Source of the DNA: Anolis carolinensis
Lineage: Eukaryota
NCBI RefSeq assembly: GCF_035594765.1
Contig: NC_085842.1
Location: 22,234,782-22,298,781, forward strand
DNA length: 64,000 nucleotides
Direction of reading: 5' to 3'
Shown here: positions 1-9,796 of the stretch, one piece after another
Numbering within the stretch: position 1 is the first letter of the stretch
How the letters are laid out: each line of letters opens with the position of its first letter
The notes under the pieces: model-generated
The model's database searches: none
The model's input: the letters and a program-made list of their open reading frames with translations, nothing else
Told to the model about the DNA's origin: nothing
Program-made: the position numbers and the translations under genes

Positions 1-329
1 ATTTAGTTTTGTTGTTTACTTCTAGGCCCAAATGTCATTAGCCTTTTATATAGATTTGTATTATGTTGCTTATATTTTGTCCTTATGTTGTTTGGGCCTC
101 TGCCCCATGTAAGCCGCCCCGAGTCCCCGCGGGGAGATGGTGGCGGGGTATAAATAATGTTTCATTATTATTTTATTTTTATTATTAACAACAACCACCA
201 CCACCATTTTCTTTCTCCAAGGCCAAAGAGGATGACTCCCTTTGCTTCACTTGTTCTATAAGGCCATCAACATTCAAAGTAAAGAGCTATGCAATGATAA
301 TGAAGGGAACCCATTTCAGCTCCATTTAC

Positions 330-570
330 CTCCAGAAAACTCATTGAACTCACTCATTTTGGGCGATCCTCTGCATTCAGGTTTCCTGCAATCCCCAGGA
401 GCGTGTTGCCTAGCCGAGGGATACCGGAAGGGAACGTTTTCTGTGTGGTGCTTCCACTTGTTGGCTGTTTCCGGCCGCTCTAGGATATGAACCCTATCAC
501 TTTAACTCCTTCAATGCCAAAGCTGTGCTTGACGAGGAGAGTTTGGCCTCGTCCAATAGGGATGCTGTTT
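330..570 (-). promoter_or_regulatory. Paralogous exon 1/promoter of a gene-C-like ZNF lying left of the window
   Basis: Homologous to 21151-21440; same donor; ETS-like ACCGGAAG 423-430; CCAAT 553-557. Confidence 0.45.
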
Positions 571-694
571 TGACCAGGGAAGTTATGCATTTAAAGATAT
601 TAATAAAGTATCTCAAGGGCCTACTTTAACACACGCAAACTCTCTCACACACCATGTATTGTGTATTTTAATATATGTATTTGGTAGAAATACT

Positions 695-830
695 NNNNNN
701 NNNNNNNNNNNNNNNNNNNNNNNNNNNNNNNNNNNNNNNNNNNNNNNNNNNNNNNNNNNNNNNNNNNNNNNNNNNNNNNNNNNNNNNNNNNNNNNNNNNN
801 NNNNNNNNNNNNNNNNNNNNNNNNNNNNNN
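695..830. other. Assembly gap
   Basis: Run of N; others at 33533-33691 and 62693-62859. Confidence 1.
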
Positions 831-1300
831 TTGCTGTGGCGAAGTCTGGTGGTATGGGAAATAAAGTATTGAGGAATTGGTGGTAGTTAAGGTAAAGGGG
901 AACGGTTTTACCTTATATTAAGTCCATTATAAATGGGTTATATAGCTGTGTGGAAGGGCCTTGAGTCTACACTGCCATATAATCCAGTTAAAATCTGATA
1001 ATCTGTATTTTATAGGCAGTGTGGAAGAGGCCTAAGTGAGGCCTAACTCTGCCTGTCCCCTGGGTTGAGTGGGTTGCTAGGAGACCAAGTGGGCGGAGCT
1101 TAGCATTCTAACTGGCAGCAATTGGATAAAAACTATTATTCCTCTCCCTCTAATTAGGACTTTCTTTTTCATTTCTTTTTTGTTGTATGAACGTAGAGGC
1201 ATGGATGAGGGATTGTGCTGCCAAGTTTAGTGTTTCTCGGATGTGTAGTTTTGTTGTTTTGTCCTAGGCCGAAATTTCATTACCCTTTTATATATATAGA
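831..1300 (-). mobile_element. Non-autonomous Helitron (3' end in gap)
   Basis: 5' TCTATATA at 1300; same family as 48792-49282. Confidence 0.75.
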
Positions 1301-2462
1301 CTAGCTGTGCCCGGCCACGCGTTGCTGTGTCTGAGTCTGGTGGTGTTGGTCAGTCTACATTAGGTTGTATTTATGCTGTGACCTCCACCCTTCTTTATAC
1401 TCACATTAGTAGTAGTATTTGAAGTCTGTTACCTTCTTCAATTTTTGTGTTGATTGAGAATTGCTTGAGATCCCTGTTGTCTTTGGTTTGTTGTTAGTTG
1501 TAATGTCTGATTCTGCTGAGTGCGGTTTATAGTTTTATTGTGGTACAATATTCCTTTTTTTTGTTTTGCCTGTGTAGGTGTTTATTATTGTTGTTGTTGT
1601 TGTGGTCATGAAGGTTGGATAAGTTAGATGCGATTGTATTGTTTTTTGGAGGCCCAGTGTAGCACTGACTGGCCTCTCAGCCTCAGTGCCTGGCTGTTTC
1701 TTGCCTGTGATGGTGTTGATTCTTATTGTTGTTGTTGTCATTGTTATTATTGTAATTGTTTTTTTGGAGACCAAGTGTGAATGTAGGGATTGGGGAGGTG
1801 GATGAGTTGTGTTGTCAAATTTTGTATTTGTTATAGTCACAATGCGTTGTTGTGAGTTTTGTGGGTCCGGATTGTGGTTTTGTGGTGTAGTTGTGTTGTT
1901 ACAACCGGGAGAAAAGGCTTTTGTGTTGTGTTGTCAAGTTTTGTATTTCTGGGGCGTTTAGTTGTGTGCCAAGTTTTGTATTTCTGGGGCGTTTAGTTGT
2001 GTTGTTATAGTCATGATGTGTTGTTGTGAGTTTTATGGGTCCGGATTGTGGTTTTGTGGTGTGGTTGTGTTGTTACAACCTGGAGGGAAGGCTTTTGCGT
2101 TGTGTTGGCAAGTTTCGTATTTCTGGGGCGTTTAGTTGTGTTGTTATAGTCACGATGCCTTGTTGTGAGTTTTGTGGGTCCTGTGTGGTTTTGTGGTGTG
2201 GTTGTGTTGTTACAACCGGGAGGCAAGGCTTTTGCATTGTGTTGCCAAGTTTTGTATTTCCGGGGCGTTTAGTTATGTTGTTATCGCATGATGCGTTGTT
2301 GTGAGTTTTGTGGGTCCGGATTGTGGTTTTGTGGTGTGGTTGTGTTGTTGTAACCTGGAGGCAAGCCTTTTGCATTGTGTTGCCAAATTTCGTATTTCTG
2401 GGATGTTTAGTTTTGTTGTTATAGTCACTGCGCAAACAACTTTATCATTTTATATATATAGA
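1301..2462 (-). mobile_element. Non-autonomous Helitron with internal tandem repeats (~1790-2430)
   Basis: 5' TC at 2462; 3' subterminal CACAGCAACGCGTGGCCGGGCACAG-CTAG end at 1301. Confidence 0.8.
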
Positions 2463-2489
2463 TATGTGTGCGTGTGTGTTTGTGCATCT

Positions 2490-3420
2490 TTGTGTTGTCC
2501 AAGGCTTTCATGGCCTTAAATCACTAGGTTGATTTGCTTTTTCCGGGCTGTATGGCCGTGTTCCAGAAGCATTCTCTCCTGGTGTTTTGCCCACATCTAT
2601 GACAGGCACCCTCAGAGGTTGTGAGGTCTGTTGGAAAATAGGCAAGGGAGGTTTATTTATCTGTGGAATAAAGTCAAGGGTGGGAGAAATAACTCTTGTC
2701 TGAGGCAAGTGTAAATGTTGCATTTGGCCACCTTGATTAGCATTGAGTAGCCTTGCAGCTTCAAAGCCTGGCTGCTTCCCACCGAGGGGAATCCTTTGTT
2801 GGGAAGAGTTAGCTGGCCCTGATTGTTTCTTGTCTGGAATTCTATTAGAGGTTTTTTAAAACTAGATTTGGTTTATTTTCATGGTTTCCTCTTTTCTGTT
2901 GAAATTGTCCACATGCTTGTGGACTTCAATGGCTCCTGTGTGTAGTCTGACATGGTGTTTGTGAGAGTGGTCCAGCATTTCTGTGTTCTCAAATAGTATG
3001 TTGTGTCCAGGTTGGTTCATCAGGTGCTCTGCTATGACTGACTTCTCTGGTTGAGTTAGTCCGCAGTGCCTTTCATATTCCTTGATTCGTGTTTGGGTGC
3101 TGCATTTGGTGGACACAGCATATTATTTGAGAACACAGAACTCCAAAAACCACCATGTTATGAACTCCACAAGCATCTGGACAATGCCAACAGAAAGGAG
3201 GAAACCATGAAAATGAACAAAATCTGGCTACCAGTATTTTTTTAAAAAATCTGAAATCAGGACAGTAAATAAAGGGCAACAGTTTTTTAAAAAAGAGAAT
3301 GAAACAATCAGGGCCAGCTAACACCTCCCAATAAAGGATTCACCCAGGCAGGAAGCAGCCAGGATTTGAAATTGCAAAGACATTCAGTACTAATCATGCC
3401 GGCCAATTGCAATATTCACA
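2490..3420. mobile_element. Penelope-like element fragment with inverted arrangement
   Basis: Minus-strand GIY-YIG C-terminal peptide (RIKEYERH..S.IAEH..H...F.NTE.LD) to ~3110, then the same family on the plus strand. Other copies at ~11180-11550, 22348-23071, 34068-34295, 35485-35663, 42765-43100, 43580-43962, 53755-54205, 56390-56626. Confidence 0.8.
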
Positions 3421-4368
3421 CATGCATTTAAAGATCTTAATAAAGTATCTCAAGGGCCTATTTTAACACACACACACACAATGCGTATTTTAATATATGT
3501 ATTTTGTAGAAATACATTTTAATATGTCCTATATATGTATATATGTGTGTGTGTGCATCTTTGTGTTGTCGAAGGCTTTCATAGCCTGAATCACTGGGCT
3601 GGTGTGAGTTTTATGGGAATAAAAAACAGACGCAGAAGAATATGAGTGGAAACTTGTATGTATATATCATATTTAATAACCTGGACCTACCTGTGCTGAA
3701 AACCCAGCACTGCCAATGTTGGCATTTTATAAAAACATAAGATCCAAGACATGAATAATCCTGTTGTTTTTCTAAAAATAATGTGATCAAATTCAAACCA
3801 GCACCACATTCCTTGCTACCTCAGTGTAGTCTAGGAGAGTGATTTAGGGGCATCCCATGTAACAATTAGTGTTTCCTCATAGTCTGACCAATTCCTCTTC
3901 TTTGAGAATTCACTATTGCAAGATATTAAGTTGAAACTTTTTGTTACAGCAGGAGCAGTTTTATCATCTCTCTTCCATCTCCTGGATCTCTTGCAAGATT
4001 TAATGTCAGGGACCTTTCAAAACATCTATGTCTTCGAAACCATTTTTCTTTTGAAGAGCTCTGCCTCTGATGAAAGCCTTTCCTACTAACAGGTTTAGAT
4101 GTGCCACTTCTCGCCTGATGCATAATTAGTTGCATTCTTTTTCCTGAAGAGTTTTTTCCCACATCAGTCCAAGCATTCAAACAGTTGTACCATGTGAGTT
4201 TTCATACGAATTAACAGTTCTGAAGAGATGCCAAAAGTTCTCACACAGGTCCTCTCCTGTTCAACAAGGTCAGATTGACAGCTGAAGCCTTTCCCACATC
4301 AGGAGCATATAAACAAGTGGACTCCTTAACATGACATTAGGTTACGGGGCCAAACAAAACACTTCCCA

Positions 4369-4422
4369 CTATATCTTCTCCCCTGTGTGGATTCTCTGAT
4401 GGACTCTGAGAGCAGAGCCATG
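4369..4422 (-). pseudogene. Displaced 3' end of ZNF exon A (HGSALRVHQRIHTGEKI*)
   Basis: Matches the end of paralog B; lies on the far side of the Gypsy element. Confidence 0.9.
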
Positions 4423-4793
4423 TGTCATGGAGCCAGATCCCAGGGCTGAATTTCCAAGACCTGAATCTGACTTCATAACATAAACAATCCTGCAAGCACC
4501 TGGCGGGAGAAGATAAAATGAGCCTGGGAACTCAGAGTTGAAAGTGTAAACAATTATAATTGCTGTAGTGTGTGGGAATAGAAATCATGGTGGTAATGTG
4601 ATCCCGAAGGTGGGGTTTGATGATGATATTTGCGTGTGATATTACGTTGCATCAGAAGTGATAAAATTAGATGTATGTAAACATTAGGTCATTCTCGACT
4701 TTTCCAAAGTCATGTATTCTTCAATAAAGATTGTGTTTGAGAGCAGCTATCTTTGATCTGCGTTCAGACTGGTCCTTTGAAGTGAGCCTGACA
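4423..4793 (+). repeat. 5' LTR (371 bp)
   Basis: No difference from 9741-10111 found by eye; GATAAAA 4660-4666, Inr-like TCATTCT around A4691, AATAAA 4723-4728. Confidence 0.97.
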
Positions 4794-4795
4794 TT

Positions 4796-4807
4796 AAAGT
4801 CGAGAAT
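4796..4807 (+). promoter_or_regulatory. Self-priming primer-binding site
   Basis: AAAGTCGAGAAT, 2 nt after the 5' LTR, is the exact reverse complement of ATTCTCGACTTT (4691-4702) at the predicted transcript start; there is no TGG (tRNA CCA) complement. Confidence 0.9.
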
Positions 4808-4847
4808 CCATTTCTCACCCTCCTGCGGAATTCGCAGTGAAGTGATA

Positions 4848-7800
4848 ATGAGCGAAGAAGGAGATCAAAGCCCAAATGAGGCAGAGAGGCCTTTGCAAGG
4901 GGCCCGGCCGAAGAGAGAAGAAACGCTGCAAGCCATAGCTTCCTCTACGGGGTACCCCAGGCCGAACGGCGTGACCCAGAGAATTCCCAGGGGAGGAAGA
5001 GGCGTCTCTGCGGCTGCAGAAACCAGTTGGGGATCTGGAGGAAGTATGCCGGAGACCGTGGCCCTGCGGTTATCCATCCTGGAAACTAATTTATCCAGGC
5101 TGTCGGAAACCGTGGGGAGATTGGTGCCATTATTGGAAGAGAATCTCCAAAAGGAGCCCAGCCGATATGGCGCCGAGAGAGAACCAAGTAAAGGAGATTG
5201 GAGCCAGAGGGGCCAGCGAGCGTCAACGCAGAGTCCCGTGGCGGCAAGGGACGAGGGAGATGAGGAATACTGGCAGGAGCTGCAGTTCCGGGACAGAATG
5301 GCGCGAGAAGTGGAGCGTCAGCGAGCCCTGGGAACTCTGAGGCCGCCATCTCCAACAGAGCTCCCAACCCCCCGAATGGGCGTCGGGGTGGAAAGGCCAC
5401 TGGGGCCAGGGATCGGGTCCAGTGGATTCGCAGACGAAGGCGGAGAGGAGCGGGGGATCCAGGAAGAGGAGGAGGATGTGCCGTACGACGAGGAAAGGCG
5501 AGATGAGGGGGCTACAGCGAGGCCAGTATGCGGATGGGCGGAAGAGCCGACAGCGGCGGCAGACTTTCGGGAGCCGCGCAGAATGACCACCGGAGTGGGG
5601 CGCGGCGTGTTCCAAGGAGCCGCCCGAGGAAACCTGATGCAACCCTTCCCCATGCCTCCCAGACAGCAGCAACGGGCTGCAGAATGGATGCCTAGAAGGG
5701 AAGATCTCAAACTAGAATACGGAGGGGAATCAAATGAACTGAACTTTTTTCTAATTAGCATCAGAGGATACATGGAAGACAATGCACACACATTCCCCTC
5801 CGAGGCAAGCAGGGTTCGAGCCATCGGCAACACACTAAAGCGAGGAGCAGCCAGCTGGTATGTGCAGCTTCATGCCAGACGCGACCCATGCCTGAGGTCA
5901 GTGCCCCGCTTCCTCGCCGCACTGGAAAACCGGTTCAGAGACCGGCTAGAGCAATTGAGGGCTCGAGACCAGCTGAAAGGAATAAAGCAGAGGGACAAAA
6001 CAGTACCCGAGTACGCAGAAGAATTCCTCCACCTCGCGGAAAGGGTACCAGAATGGTCTGAAGTGACCAAAGTGGAATTATTTAAAGAGGGACTACGCCC
6101 CGAGATTTTCAGCTGGGCAGCGCACAGAGACGACCCCGAAACGCTCCAGGGATGGATTCAACTAGCGGGGCGCGTCGAATCCACCCTGGCCCAAGTAAAG
6201 CGCTTCAGGAGCGGCAGCGGCCAGCAAAGACCAGTGGCGAGAGGTCGAGGAGAAACGAGGAAGCAGGAAAGACCCGGAGGGAGGCCGGGGATTCCCTCCA
6301 AAGGAGACGACAACAAACCTAAACCGGGATGCTTTGTATGTGGGAAGACGGGCCATCGAGCAGCAGAATGCTGGGCCCGGAAGGGGGAGCCGCCAAAAGC
6401 CCCAAAGCCCAAGCCAGCAACCGGGAGGCGCGCGGAAGAGGAGGTGCAGGCCCCAGAATCTTCAAAAAAACTGGTGAGTCGGGACAAACGCATGATAGTA
6501 GTGCCAATCTGCCTCTCAGGGCTAGAAAATCGGGCCACCTGCAAGGCATTTGTGGATTGTGGGTGTTCCAGAAACATTATAACCCCGGAGTTAGCAGGAG
6601 CGCTGAAATGCCAGCAGATGGCGCTTGACTCCCCAATTGCATTTTCGCAGCTAGATGGATCAGTCGCTGCTGGGGAAGTGTCTACAAAGGAAATACGGGA
6701 AATCCCATGTAAAATAGGCAAATGGGAAGGAAGGATATCCTTTGTGATAGCCCCTATTGCCACATACCACGTAATATTAGGGATACCATGGCTCGAACAG
6801 GCAAATCCTGAAGTAGATTGGAGAGGAAAAAGCCTAGCATTCAAAGAACAGCAGATGCAATGGGAGATAAGCAAAATTGCGGAAGAGGAGGACGAGGAAG
6901 ATGAAGCAGGGGAAATAGACCCACAGCTATTGCCACCTGAATACAGAGACTTTGTGGATGTTTTCAATCAGAAAGAGGCCAGTAAATTGCCTCCCAAAAG
7001 GAATATAGAAGTAGAAATTGAAATAACCCCAGGAGCAAACTTACCAAAACCAAAAGTGTATCCCATGTCTGTGCAGGAGAAGGAGGAATTGAGGAAATAC
7101 ATTGATAAAAACCTGGCGCGAGGCTTCATTAAGCCATCCAATTCTCCTCTCGGGGCCCCAGTGTTATTTAGGAGAAAGAAAGACAACTCCCTAAGATTGT
7201 GCATTGATTATCGAAATTTAAACGCAATTACTAAGGACAATAAATACCCTATGCCCTTAGTCAAGGATTTAATTACCGTATTGAAGAAAGGGAGCATATT
7301 TACTAAACTGGATTTAATTGAAGCGTATCATAAATTAAGGATCAAACCGGAGGATACTTGGAAAACTGCATTTTCCTGCGCATTCGGCCATTTTGAATAT
7401 GAAATTTTGCCTTTCGGGTTAAAAAACGGAGGCGGCTGCTTTATGCAGCTTATAAATGAAATATTACACCCGTTATTGTACAGAGGGGTGTTCATATTTC
7501 TTGATGATATCTTGATCGTATCTGAAGATAAGGAAAAGCACGTAAAATTGGTCCGGGAAGTTTTGCAGAGACTAAGAGAAGCAAAGCTGTACGCAAAACT
7601 GTCCAAATGTGAATTTAATAAAACTCAAATTGACTTTCTGGGGTATCGGATATCTCCAGAAGGGTTAGCTATGGATCCAGCTAAAGTAGCAGATGTGAAA
7701 GAATGGGGAGTGCCTCAAACAAGGAGGCAATTACAATCATTTCTGGGGTTTGCAAATTTTTACAGACCCTTCATAAAAGGCTTCGCGCAAATAACCGCAC

Positions 7801-9665
7801 CCCTTACAGAACTTTTAAAAACAAAAGGGAAAGGGGAAACAGCAAAAGTGAAAGCTCCTGGCGCCAAACTGAGTTGGACGCCAGAATGCCAAAAGGCATT
7901 CGAAACCTTAAAAGAATGCTTCACTGAAGGACCCATCCTAAAACACCCCGATATCAGGAGCCCTTTCATAATCCATTGCGATGCCTCAGACTGTGCGTAC
8001 GGGGCAGTACTATTGCAAAAAGATCAAAATGGGAACTTAAAACCCTGTGGATATTTGTCACGGAAGTTCAGCGAAACTGAAAAAAGTTGGCCAATATGGG
8101 AAAAAGAGGCATTAGCCATATTAAAAGCCTTAGAATGCTGGCGACACTTCCTCGAAGGAAGCGGAATCCCATTTGAAATTTGGTCTGACCATAAGAACCT
8201 CCAGTATTTAAAGTCTCCTAGAAAATTGTCCCCCAAACAAATTAGATGGGCGCAATACTTCAGCAGATTCGATTTCCAATTAAAGTTTTTTCAAGGGAAG
8301 CAGAATGTCTTGGCAGATGCTCTTTCACGCATGCCTCAACACGAAGGCATAACCACAGCAAAAGAGGGGACAATATTCTCTGACAAACAATGGGGCTTAG
8401 CCGTCAGGACCAGAGCACAAACCCAAAAGGAGGACACGGCTTTTGTTGAACTCGGCGGGGAAGAAAACTGGGGAAATGAACTGAAACAGTATTATGAAGG
8501 TGATCAATGGATCGCATCCAACGCAGAAAAGGGGGAACAGAAGGGGGGATTTTGGTTTGTAAACAAGAAACTGTATATCCCAGCAATGTTAAGGATTAAG
8601 ATTCTGCATCGTTTCCACAACAACCAGAGCGCTGGTCATACAGGAATTACAAAAACAACAAAGGCAATAGCAAAGCATTGTTGGTGGCCAGGAATGAGGA
8701 AGGACATAAAGAATCATGTTGTTCAATGTGATGATTGTGCCAGAAATAAATCGGGGGGAGGGAAGCCTATGGGATTGTTACAAACAGTAGCGGAACCTAC
8801 CAGACCTTGGGAATGTGTAGCTATGGACTTTGTGGGAGAACTGCCGGTTAGCAAAGGACATCGTTATATCTGGACAGTATTAGACCTGTTTTCTAAACAG
8901 GCCCACTTTATAGCGCTGACGAAACTACCATCGGCTGAGAAACTAGCTGAATTGTACATAAATCATATTTACAAACTACATGGATGTCCCAGTAGAGTAG
9001 TTAGTGACAGAGGAGTACAGTTCACAGCAAAATTTTGGGAAAAATTCTTGGAAATGCTAGGAGCAGAAAGGAGTCTAAGTTCTGCTTTTCACCCCATGAC
9101 AAACGGGGCGGTAGAACGTACTCAGCAAACGCTTGGGCAGTTCCTTCGAATGTACTCTAACGTGAGACAAAATGACTGGTCTAGGTGGTTGGCTTTTGCG
9201 GAACTAGCCTTTAATTCAACTATACATTCAGCAACAAATAAAACCCCCTTTGAAGTAGTTTACGGGTATGAAATACAGCCTTTACCCCAGTTGCCAAGGT
9301 GGACAGAAAATGAGGAAACAGAGGCAGGGAAATGGAAAACGCAAATGCTAGAATGCTGGAGTCAAGTGACTGCATCCTTAAAGGAAGCGCACAAAAAGTA
9401 TAAAGCGTTCGCAGACAGAAAGAGGGTGGAAGGCGATAAATTAAATGAAGGAGATCTAGTGTGGTTAAGTACCCAAAACATCAAATTGGGGCTACCTTCG
9501 AGAAAACTGGGCCCCAAATATATTGGACCATTCAGAATACAAGGTGTTATCAATGAAGTGACTTTCCAGTTGGCATTGCCAAAAAGTTTAGGGAAAATAC
9601 ACCCAGTATTCCATCGCAGCTTACTGAAAAAGTATATGGGGACTTTGGACAAAATGGACACATAG
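4848..9665 (+). CDS. Gag-Pol polyprotein, 1605 aa, single reading frame
   Basis: First ATG after the LTR at 4848; retrotransposon/PEG10-like capsid, CCHC knuckle CFVCGKTGHRAAEC, protease FVDCGCS, RT PFGLKN/FLDD, RNase H (CDAS, EKEAL, SDHKNL), integrase HHCC + DDE (MDFV, SDRG, ERTQQ) + GPY/F (GPF..HPVFH); no chromodomain. Confidence 0.96.
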   Translation: MSEEGDQSPNEAERPLQGARPKREETLQAIASSTGYPRPNGVTQRIPRGGRGVSAAAETSWGSGGSMPETVALRLSILETNLSRLSETVGRLVPLLEENLQKEPSRYGAEREPSKGDWSQRGQRASTQSPVAARDEGDEEYWQELQFRDRMAREVERQRALGTLRPPSPTELPTPRMGVGVERPLGPGIGSSGFADEGGEERGIQEEEEDVPYDEERRDEGATARPVCGWAEEPTAAADFREPRRMTTGVGRGVFQGAARGNLMQPFPMPPRQQQRAAEWMPRREDLKLEYGGESNELNFFLISIRGYMEDNAHTFPSEASRVRAIGNTLKRGAASWYVQLHARRDPCLRSVPRFLAALENRFRDRLEQLRARDQLKGIKQRDKTVPEYAEEFLHLAERVPEWSEVTKVELFKEGLRPEIFSWAAHRDDPETLQGWIQLAGRVESTLAQVKRFRSGSGQQRPVARGRGETRKQERPGGRPGIPSKGDDNKPKPGCFVCGKTGHRAAECWARKGEPPKAPKPKPATGRRAEEEVQAPESSKKLVSRDKRMIVVPICLSGLENRATCKAFVDCGCSRNIITPELAGALKCQQMALDSPIAFSQLDGSVAAGEVSTKEIREIPCKIGKWEGRISFVIAPIATYHVILGIPWLEQANPEVDWRGKSLAFKEQQMQWEISKIAEEEDEEDEAGEIDPQLLPPEYRDFVDVFNQKEASKLPPKRNIEVEIEITPGANLPKPKVYPMSVQEKEELRKYIDKNLARGFIKPSNSPLGAPVLFRRKKDNSLRLCIDYRNLNAITKDNKYPMPLVKDLITVLKKGSIFTKLDLIEAYHKLRIKPEDTWKTAFSCAFGHFEYEILPFGLKNGGGCFMQLINEILHPLLYRGVFIFLDDILIVSEDKEKHVKLVREVLQRLREAKLYAKLSKCEFNKTQIDFLGYRISPEGLAMDPAKVADVKEWGVPQTRRQLQSFLGFANFYRPFIKGFAQITAPLTELLKTKGKGETAKVKAPGAKLSWTPECQKAFETLKECFTEGPILKHPDIRSPFIIHCDASDCAYGAVLLQKDQNGNLKPCGYLSRKFSETEKSWPIWEKEALAILKALECWRHFLEGSGIPFEIWSDHKNLQYLKSPRKLSPKQIRWAQYFSRFDFQLKFFQGKQNVLADALSRMPQHEGITTAKEGTIFSDKQWGLAVRTRAQTQKEDTAFVELGGEENWGNELKQYYEGDQWIASNAEKGEQKGGFWFVNKKLYIPAMLRIKILHRFHNNQSAGHTGITKTTKAIAKHCWWPGMRKDIKNHVVQCDDCARNKSGGGKPMGLLQTVAEPTRPWECVAMDFVGELPVSKGHRYIWTVLDLFSKQAHFIALTKLPSAEKLAELYINHIYKLHGCPSRVVSDRGVQFTAKFWEKFLEMLGAERSLSSAFHPMTNGAVERTQQTLGQFLRMYSNVRQNDWSRWLAFAELAFNSTIHSATNKTPFEVVYGYEIQPLPQLPRWTENEETEAGKWKTQMLECWSQVTASLKEAHKKYKAFADRKRVEGDKLNEGDLVWLSTQNIKLGLPSRKLGPKYIGPFRIQGVINEVTFQLALPKSLGKIHPVFHRSLLKKYMGTLDKMDT

Positions 9666-9688
9666 AGTTATTGTTTGATTTGTTTCAG

Positions 9689-9796
9689 AACTATGATGAA
9701 AGAAGAACCGAAGAGGAGGACGAAGAAAACGAGGGCGCCATGTCATGGAGCCAGATCCCAGGGCTGAATTTCCAAGACCTGAATCTGACTTCATAA
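9689..9796 (+). CDS. Predicted second exon of spliced Gag (NYDERRTEEEDEENEGAMSWSQIPGLNFQDLNLTS*)
   Basis: Acceptor TTGTTTGATTTGTTTCAG ends at 9688; in frame with the phase-0 donor CTG|GTGAGT at 6473/6474; open for 35 codons into U3. Confidence 0.6.
   Translation, partial: NYDERRTEEEDEENEGAMSWSQIPGLNFQDLNLTS
9698..9735 (+). promoter_or_regulatory. Polypurine tract region
   Basis: Purine-rich GAAAGAAGAACCGAAGAGGAGGACGAAGAAAACGAGGG ending 5 nt before the 3' LTR. Confidence 0.75.

Noticed and set aside
659-886. ORFs spanning N runs (also ~33475-33880 and 62558-62989)
   Set aside because: Artefacts of assembly gaps.
1790-2430. CRISPR-like or coding repeat array
   Set aside because: Degenerate tandem repeats inside a Helitron with no unique spacers; the ORFs are low-complexity Thr/Val/Cys artefacts.
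4794-4812. tRNA (e.g. iMet) primer-binding site, given the nearby tRNA genes
   Set aside because: No TGG start and no complementarity to the 3' ends of the tRNAs in this window; the self-complement explains it.
4731-4847. ORF-track N-terminal extension of Gag-Pol (1644 aa)
   Set aside because: Starts at a TTG inside the LTR; the first ATG is at 4848.
9620-9740. Chromodomain or env after integrase
   Set aside because: The ORF ends nine residues after LLKKY and only 75 nt separate it from the LTR.
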